This document shows positions 56,201-64,000 of a DNA stretch of 64,000 nt, one piece after another. Positions within the stretch are counted from its first letter, which is position 1, and the number at the start of each line of letters is the position of its first letter. The stretch comes from Schizochytrium sp. TIO01. Taxonomy: Eukaryota > Protista > Bigyra: Labyrinthulomycetes. The notes beneath the pieces were generated by a model that was given only the letters and a program-made list of their open reading frames with translations, made no database searches and was not told the DNA's origin. The translations under genes were made by a program, and so were the position numbers. The stretch spans positions 2,480,001-2,544,000 of the forward strand of contig SMSO01000036.1 in the NCBI GenBank assembly GCA_004764695.1. Direction: 5' to 3'.

Positions 56201-58671
56201 GGTACCTACTTGGAACGAGAGCTGCAGAGAAGATAAGAATTACAGAAAGTTTGCCTGATTTGGACGTCACTTTACCTTGGAAATTGTTGGTTAAACTCGA
56301 AGTTAGCTCAACGCAGCAAAGACCCTCGTCGCAGTACCCACAATGTTGGAATGACTCAAAGTAAGCACGATCAATTTAGCCACATTCACTTGAAGCAAAC
56401 TTCAGGTTTGTCCATGCAATCCACGATATGCATATCATTCTTTCAACAAAAGCTTCTTCACGAACTCACAAGAGGGCGAGGCGGCTCCACGGGAAGAGGA
56501 ACTTGGAGAGCTCGAGTTGGAGGCACTCGAAGCGTGCGGAACTCAGCGGAGCAAGCCGGAGTACGCTTGGGAGGGTAACGGCGTACCCAGGCGCCGCCCG
56601 TGCGGATGGACAGAGCATCATTTTAATGACTCCTGGGTGTATGCAATGTATGCGCTCGCGTTAATTGCCTGCGGTTGGAAATTATGACTTAGCGATATGT
56701 AAAAGGAGGGCTTTGCACACATGGTCCGCCACACTGAGCACGTAGCGAGAGGAAGGAGCAGCAAGAGCTCCTTGGTCATCCATTGAAGAAGACTATCTTG
56801 TCCAAAGACCTTTTCTTTGAGATGTTCATCTCTCTGCAAATGCAGGGCTTCGAATTTGATGAAATTTGTAAATGCCGTACATTCTTGATTTTATTTGTTT
56901 TCCTATAAATAGATTGGTTGTCTTGTGGTACATTTGTGGACCTGAGCAGAAAATACGAGAATACTTTTGCTATCGTGGCAAGCTACGAAGCTGGTACCTA
57001 GGTAAAAGCAGATGTGCGATGTGCTTGCTCTCAGAAGATTTATTCGACTTTGTGATTTACAAATTCATACTTTTACATTTACACCAGCACATTACATTTC
57101 TATTTTCTTATAGAGCATATTCTGTTAAATTCCATGGAGACTAATGTTGCTGGTGCTGGTTCTGCTATTGATGGCGATTCAAGATACCAGCAGCTCGATT
57201 GCTGTCGTGTCCTTGGCCTGCCTAGCTCTTTGCTGCAACAATCATTGCAAGAAGATGCAAAATCTATTGCGGAACGAGATCTTTGCTCTTTTCTCTTTTG
57301 TATAATTCATTTTTATTTATTTTAAATAAAAATATAAAAAAATAAAAAAAACTGAGTATAGTAACTTATCTTCTTTTTATTCCATATTTTATATATTCCT
57401 TTTTATAAAAAGTGTGATAAAACTAGTCATAAAAACTTATGAATATTATTAACTACCTTGAAAAGAAAGCAAAATCTATAAAAGAAATGGCTTTTGCACG
57501 TGCGAGCGAGGGAGACAAAATGAACGAATCAAGAACTCCACTCTTTGAAGTACGAAAACAGGCACGCGCTGCCTTCATCTCAGAAAAAAGGGGTCACCAA
57601 GAGCGCCTTATCATACATAGCCTAGCTAGTTTACTGTCACCTAACTTTGAAAGTCCGCTATAATTGACAAATTAAGTAGCACTATCAAAACCATCATCAA
57701 AAATAGCAACGATCAAGAGAGCCTCGCCTTCGCTTGAGTTTTTTGACTGGAAAAGCAGCACCTACCTACGTAGATATTGTGCATAGCAGAGTGACCACTC
57801 ATGGTAATGGCAATGTTGGCAAAGGGAACAACTACAAATGCTGTCTCAGCGAGTGGGGCCGGCGCACGTCACTTTTGAAGTACAACTTGAAGGGGGTTTC
57901 TGAGCATTTGAAACGCCTCAAGTCACCCAACCAAACTGCTGCATCGCGAGTCATTATCGTATCAAGCATTGGCAGCCGGGACACCAGAATCAGGACTCAA
58001 ACGATTGATGGTCAGCAGCGTCGGAGAGAACACTTCAAGTTGAGCTCCTAGTGTTTCAACCTGACGACACTTTTCGCGCAACTTGCAGTCATGACAAGCC
58101 AAGGACTCTGATCATCCGCTGATGCCAACTTAGGTAGGAGTACCTGCTACTACTTTCTTGATGCTGATTCAATTGACCGAGGACGCCAGCCCTTATCCCC
58201 AACACGAGGTAGTAGTACCGCCATCGCGCCTGCTATTGCTATAAGTGAGCGCCATGACGATGCGGAGCCCTTGAAGTTGGAGAGGTTTCCAAAACATTGT
58301 CAAATTGTGCGACAAAAGTAAATGTCAAGGTGTGTACAAAGTGGGCTTCTATGTTTTTTGTCACACGAAAAGGTGTATTTTAAGAATTAAAATATAAGCA
58401 TTCACTTTGTCCCATATATAATAATAGGTGCAAAGTGCGGGCGTCGAGGACTGTTCTCGTCTGTCGCATTTATAGTGGTGATGAAAAAGTGCTTGGCATC
58501 GTCATGAGCATTCATCATTGCCAATGGTTTTCTTCACCAGAGTGCCCGATTGGTTGGCCTTGAGAAGGCAAAGAAGCAGCCCCAGTAGTTGCAGTGGTAG
58601 GTAGTAGCCTCTTCAGGAAGCAAAAAAGGTGTATTAGTAGCTATAAAATGTTTCCCACCATGAATCACTGG

Positions 58672-58700
58672 CAGCTTGAGACTCTTCAAGTCTCAAGCTG
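58672..58700. other. Perfect 12-bp inverted repeat CAGCTTGAGACT-N5-AGTCTCAAGCTG
   Basis: Arms 58672-58683 and 58689-58700 are exact reverse complements. Confidence 0.7.
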
Positions 58701-60834
58701 TTTGTAGATTGGTAGTGAGAAGAAAGCTGACTGGAACCTGTCATCAGGGCCGCATGATGACTATCTTGAAGTTTTTGTAGATCTGTGTCAACAAGGTTTC
58801 AGGCTTGCTGGCTGATTTTGGCTTCGTTTACACTGAAGAAGGCTGCACTGTGACATGGGTGCTTCTGGTCATTTTATTCCTTGGAACAACACCATAGCAT
58901 TCATGTATACCTCAGCATGAAGCTCATTTTGGGGGTTGTAATGGTGGTCCGTCGATTGAAGATCTCAAAAAGAATGTCTTCTAGTTCTTGTAAGTGTCTA
59001 AGGTAGGTACTTTCGGGAAATACTCGATAGCTATGATAGATTGGATAGATGCTGATCACGATGACAACTACATTTCTGTCTCACGCAACGAATACTCATT
59101 ATTTCGACAACAATCAAGTCTACACGAGTAAGAATGGTTCCTGAAATTTGACTGTTTTATCACGGAGATTCTTGAGATTTTTATTTGTTTTAAGATGGCT
59201 CCATCCTAGATTGTAGAATAAAATGAGGAAATTCGTTTTCATAAAGCTAGAGTGTTTCTCCTATCTTGTTGCTTTCTAAGTCAGTATAATTATAGATCTA
59301 CGGTTGGCTTTTTCATTTATCTTATTTACATGCTCAAATTTTGGTCTCATTTCGTATAGACCTTACCTCATTTCTTTCATTCCATGCAGATACTTTTCAA
59401 GATACCCTGACCTATCGCATTGTCCTGAGAAGTTTATGTCTCTAGAGAAAGAAACACTAGTTCAGGATAACGTCGTGTTTCAACCGAATTTCTCACACAG
59501 ATTTATAAATGTAGCTTTAAATCATTATCCAAAACATTCGTCCTATACGGTTTAAGTATTCGGCGGTGCAATAATCATGAATATAAAATTTAAGTTTACG
59601 CAAGAGACAAATATATATATTGAGTCTGCATCTGTTGCTCTTGCACGCCAAGATAATCTTTCAAATAGCTCGCGGATAGTCATTTTATATTAGGCTGCCT
59701 GCTCAATAATAAATATCGTGTACTCGTTTTTCAAGCCAGACTATGTTGCTGCAAATTCATTTCATGAACTTCATCCATATGTGACAGCATCTGCTCAGTT
59801 TCTAGCTTTTTAGATGATTTCGTTTGAACAAAAAGTCCCTTGATGCCCAGAAGACCTGTAGATAGGTGCATATGTATCTATGAAAGAGCACCAACGTTTT
59901 AGTGCCACCTGTTCCCATTCATATCCCCTGAAATTATCTGGACTACTATGCCACCTCCTGCAAAACATGCAGCGCTGTAATAGTAGTATGTGTTCCCTGT
60001 TTCCTTTTTTTACTCTTTTTCTTTTTCGAAGGTTCTGACTCATCCAAAATATGCAACAACGTGCCTGTGCGCTATCTCTATATACACCCACCCTCCCGCC
60101 ATTGAGTAGTAGACTTTTCTTCTCCATAGTTGCGCAACACCATCCCGTGCATGCGAGCGGTCTCCCCTAGAGCGAAGCAATGCCACAACCATCACCAAAA
60201 GTACGGGTACCCATGAGCTAGCAATTTACCAAAACACAGCGACTGATCATGTTAATTTTAACCATCAAGATCGTTGAATGAGAAGCCAGCTCGCACGAAG
60301 AAACAAGCCAATCAAAACTCTTCTCCTCACCAAGCAAGCAAGTAGGCCGGCCCTCCAAGGTTAATTAATCGTCGAGCACCTCTCGATGATGGGGACTACC
60401 CCAACGCTCGTTCGCAAGAAGGACTGCACTGCCTTGAGCCAATAATATCCGAATTGAGCTATGACCTATCTTGAACGATTTGGCCGTCTCCTCAAAGCAA
60501 GCAAGAAAAGGAAAAAGGAACTTATCCATTGACTGGTCGATTAGGACTTACCTAAGGCTTGGTAAGCTTTGAGTCTCATTTTAGGCCTCTTTCGGTTCTC
60601 CACGTTGTTGATACGGTACCTACTTCCCTCTATCCAAGTGGGAAGGCTCGGAGGCTATAACCTATAGTAGCCTGTCTCCGCAAGTGAAGTATTGGGGAAT
60701 AGGCTACTGTAGAGGTAATGTATACAGTGGAGCGAATAGAAAGCAAGTGGAGCGATTGAAGACAAAAGGTCGATTAAGCGGTCGATGTCAAGAATCGATT
60801 GCGGGCTCGAGGGTAGTCCAGCTCCACGGTTGCG

Positions 60835-63800
60835 ATGGATTCGTACGGGTCTCCGCGGCAGCGTCGCAGGTCAGACCTGCGTCTGCGGATTCCACCGCTG
60901 TCGGAGGAGGAGGAGGTATTAAATGAGGAGGAGGGCGTCCGCGCCGCTTCCGGCATTAGCCAGTATAGACGGCTCAACTCAACCTCATTGGCCTCCACGA
61001 GCGCCACAGCTGCTGCGTCGAATCCAAATGCTTTGAATTTAGACGCAAACGCAGGTTCAAGTTCTGCCATGGCCGACGAAATGCTTTCACATACGCCTTT
61101 CTCGCACGGCAGCTCGAGAAACAGACCAAAGTCGCCACGAAGGAGCCCTGGGTTGGGCCCAGGAGGACCAGGAAGACCCAAATCACCGCAGAGACGTAGT
61201 CCAAATCTTTTGCCACAGCAGCACCCGCAGCAACATCATGGCAAAAGTTCGCAACGCAAAAGTAGCCCAAACTTGGGCCCTTCGTCGATGTTGCTGCAAA
61301 GATCGCCTCAAAGGTCACCTCAAAGGTCACCTCAAAGATCTCCACAAAGATCTCCACAAAGATCTCCACAAAGGTCACCTCAAAGAACTTCACAAAGAAG
61401 AAGTCCTGGATATGGACCCATTGCAGGTGCACTAGAGTCGACTTCAACCTTCGGAGGGTCACCAAACTCTGGATGGGGAATGCCGCCTCAACATCAACAC
61501 CGTCGAAGGCTAGATACGGGAGATACATGTTCAACATGCGGAGATCTAGACATGGGTCCAAGACATAGACACCTCAGACACCTAGAAGGCGAACCTTTTC
61601 AGGAAGGCATGGTTGCCAAACCAGCCAAAGGGCCCTTCAAGTGGCTAAGATGGGGGCGCACAACAATGCAGGCTCCGGAAGGCGCATTGAACCTAAATGA
61701 TATTGAGAATCAGATTCCAACCGTAGATGGGCTCAGAAGGCCACGGTTAGAGTCATCGGGTACTTTTTCGTCAAGGTCCTCGTTTTCGTCTATACTTTCG
61801 TCTAACTTAAAGCGTGTGCGCTCGATTTCGAACCTACTTGCGCAGAACCAAAATCACCCACACCACCATCACCATCACCACCATCACCATCACCATAGTC
61901 ACCACAGCCATTATTCCCAGTCTCAGCGACTGAGCGACGCACAATCCTCGTCTCAGTCCAGTGAATACTCCATGTCCGACGTGTCTGATGATCCTGACGC
62001 AAGTTGGTCCCGCCGAATTCTATCCCGTGATCAGTGGTATCACCAAAGTACAGGTGATATGATTATTGATCAGGTTGGCTCACAAGGTCTTTTACGCGAA
62101 ATCTTCAAGCTATATCAGGATGACTGGTTTCATGTAGCCCTTACGCAGCGAACCTACATCCTTTTTCTTGGCGTCATCTGCATTTATACCATGTACTTGG
62201 TTGTCTTCGCTGGCATCTACACGGCATTTCGAGATCCGTATAACACACGTTGTGCTCTCGATGTTGTGGATCCATCCGAGCTTGCGCGCCACCCGTTCCT
62301 CATGTCGTTCTCATTTGCCCTTATGACTGCAGCCACAGTCGGCTACACTCTACCTGATCACCAAGAAGGCGCCTTTTGGCATGACTGCTTTGCGATGCCC
62401 ACTGTGGTTTGGTGGCAAAGTTTTTTTGGAGACTTACTTAATGCACTTTTGGTCTCTCTAGTGGTAACTCGCGTGGGCCGTGCTGATCTGCGAGGTCATC
62501 AAGTTGTCTTCAGTAATAAGGCTTGTATCGTCAGCCGAAATGGTAAATTTTATTTTGCATTCCAATGTTACGACCTGGACATGTCTGCACCCATTGTTGA
62601 AGGCCATGTGCGCTGTTATGTGGTTCTCAACGAGACTGATGGTAATACTACTGCAAACTTCCAAACCCGCCACATGCGCCTGGTCAACCCTGATGACGCT
62701 CTCGGTGCAAATCTCTTTCTTAGTATGCCATGTGTTGTAGTACATGAGATAGACCAGTGGAGTCCACTTCTGCCTCCCACCATGCGCCGAGAACATTGGC
62801 AAGCTCATAATGATGGCTTCGTGCATAATCCTGCAAACCGCTACCGTTATCCTAATGTTTGTCTGCGTGAATCCGACGGAATCTCAGGTACCCGTGGGGC
62901 AGCCCAGTGCCCAGTCTGCGCATGGACCTTGTACACGGACGAGCACCTGCTTCGACATGTCCGCTTTCATCAATATGTCGAGCATGCAAAGTTTGAGGAG
63001 GATTCTGATGTTGAGGAGGAGGAAGATTTATGCGAAACCCCTCTACGCCGTCGTGAGATTTGTTGGAGTCCTCGCGACAGCCTCATCAGAAGCCTTTCTG
63101 CCTCAATTGATGGCGTTGATCGCGGCGGAGCATTTCGTTTAGATGGATTTGCCTTGGGGGGCTCTAAGGGCGGCAGCTTTAATCTTCCACCCCCCCTTCT
63201 TAAACCCAACGTTGTATCATTTCGCAGTCTCAAGAAGAAAAGTAGCTCTTCTGATGACTCGGAGCTAGATGACGAAGAAGAAGAGAAAGCAGGGGCTGAT
63301 TTTGGTGCTCGTGGAGCTAGGCATTTTGATTTTCAATTAGACAATGATGATGACGATGGTCTGCCCAAGGATGGTGCCCCCCCCCCGTTGGATTTAAATA
63401 ATGACGAAGAGCCTAAACCTGCTTCGGTTGCTAAATCTCAGCAGCCTGCTGGTAAATCAATTCTGCACTCGGTCAATTTTCGCATGGATACAGAACCTAA
63501 ACGCGCTAATGCCACCACCACCAGTGACAACGACAACAACAATGACGAAAAGGCACTTCAAATCGAGCAGCAAGAGCAACAAGATAAGGCATCACAGGGC
63601 GCGTCCAAACTCCATGGGCTCTTTAATGCGCCACCAAATGATGAAATCAAGACCTCCACATCGATGCCTGCGCGTCCAGAGCGCAGTGCTGGCGGGTCTG
63701 AAAACACAGACATTAAAATCACTGCTACACAGTCCTTCAATTCTATTGATGTTGGAACAGAAACTGGACGCAAACGAGAGGATTCACGCTTCAGTGTGCA

Positions 63801-64000
63801 TAGTCGAAGCTCGCGCCGCCGTAGTCACAGCCACCACCATAGTAGTTCGCGTGCTAATAGTGTTCACGACAGGCTGGAAAAGGAGTATCAAGAGCAAATC
63901 CGTCGCGGTAGGTCACGCCGAATTCATCAACATAAGACAGTGAAGCTCAATTACCTGGAAAGTTCAATCGATGAACGTCTCAAGGATCTTTCTGATCTTA
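60835..64000 (+). CDS. Inward-rectifier-family (Kir) potassium channel-like protein, >1055 aa, 3' end beyond the window (absent from the ORF track because it has no stop)
   Basis: Translated by hand in frame 1 from ATG 60835 with no stop before 64000. Slide helix YQDDWFHVAL, M1 ILFLGVICIYTMYLVVFAGIY, pore SFSFALMTAATVGYT, M2 QSFFGDLLNALLVSLVVTRV, then VVFSNKACI, VEGHVRCY and LFLSMPCVVVHEIDQWSPL. Confidence 0.92.
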   Translation, partial: MDSYGSPRQRRRSDLRLRIPPLSEEEEVLNEEEGVRAASGISQYRRLNSTSLASTSATAAASNPNALNLDANAGSSSAMADEMLSHTPFSHGSSRNRPKSPRRSPGLGPGGPGRPKSPQRRSPNLLPQQHPQQHHGKSSQRKSSPNLGPSSMLLQRSPQRSPQRSPQRSPQRSPQRSPQRSPQRTSQRRSPGYGPIAGALESTSTFGGSPNSGWGMPPQHQHRRRLDTGDTCSTCGDLDMGPRHRHLRHLEGEPFQEGMVAKPAKGPFKWLRWGRTTMQAPEGALNLNDIENQIPTVDGLRRPRLESSGTFSSRSSFSSILSSNLKRVRSISNLLAQNQNHPHHHHHHHHHHHHSHHSHYSQSQRLSDAQSSSQSSEYSMSDVSDDPDASWSRRILSRDQWYHQSTGDMIIDQVGSQGLLREIFKLYQDDWFHVALTQRTYILFLGVICIYTMYLVVFAGIYTAFRDPYNTRCALDVVDPSELARHPFLMSFSFALMTAATVGYTLPDHQEGAFWHDCFAMPTVVWWQSFFGDLLNALLVSLVVTRVGRADLRGHQVVFSNKACIVSRNGKFYFAFQCYDLDMSAPIVEGHVRCYVVLNETDGNTTANFQTRHMRLVNPDDALGANLFLSMPCVVVHEIDQWSPLLPPTMRREHWQAHNDGFVHNPANRYRYPNVCLRESDGISGTRGAAQCPVCAWTLYTDEHLLRHVRFHQYVEHAKFEEDSDVEEEEDLCETPLRRREICWSPRDSLIRSLSASIDGVDRGGAFRLDGFALGGSKGGSFNLPPPLLKPNVVSFRSLKKKSSSSDDSELDDEEEEKAGADFGARGARHFDFQLDNDDDDGLPKDGAPPPLDLNNDEEPKPASVAKSQQPAGKSILHSVNFRMDTEPKRANATTTSDNDNNNDEKALQIEQQEQQDKASQGASKLHGLFNAPPNDEIKTSTSMPARPERSAGGSENTDIKITATQSFNSIDVGTETGRKREDSRFSVHSRSSRRRSHSHHHSSSRANSVHDRLEKEYQEQIRRGRSRRIHQHKTVKLNYLESSIDERLKDLSDL

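Noticed and set aside
58622-58880. Kinase-like (VAIK, LADFG), copia protease-like and C2H2-like fragments in different frames
   Set aside because: VAIK-DFG spacing is about half that of a kinase with no HRD, and unrelated motifs in three frames point to chance; not called as a pseudogene.
60684-63943. Short ORFs listed in the ORF track for this region
   Set aside because: All are alternative-frame or antisense shadows of the unlisted open Kir reading frame starting at 60835.

Overview
Eukaryotic, gene-dense and intron-poor genomic DNA. The style (mostly intronless CDSs, a few GT-AG introns, AT-rich intergenic tracts, stramenopile-like protein architectures) suggests a labyrinthulomycete/thraustochytrid; this is inference. 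About 14 protein-coding genes: a Cu+-type P1B ATPase with five unusual CxxxC HMA repeats; an FKBP-TPR-TM-double saposin/Canopy fusion broken by a +1 frameshift; queuine tRNA-ribosyltransferase; a TPT/SLC35 transporter; proteasome beta-2 (2 introns); a lectin-EGF-PSI protein with about 7 TM helices; a Pro-rich triple-C2/EF-hand protein; a coiled-coil/LRR protein; a double C2HC zinc-finger protein; a membrane-anchored JmjC oxygenase; a ~1840-aa CH/ARM/coiled-coil protein broken by a +1 frameshift at CCC CCC TAT; an atypical Rab-like GTPase; a CCDC87/MAP65-like protein; and a PH-PDZ-DH-PH RhoGEF. After a 10.5-kb gene-free stretch comes a further gene missing from the ORF track: an inward-rectifier-family K+ channel (open to the window end) with a TVGYT filter and an embedded C2H2 finger. 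No rRNA, tRNA, CRISPR or intact mobile element was recognised. The best novelty candidates are the FKBP/TPR-Canopy trans-membrane fusion, the lectin-7TM receptor-like protein, the atypical Kir channel, and two clustered intergenic motifs (CGTCCTAAAA and AGGTGTGTAC).
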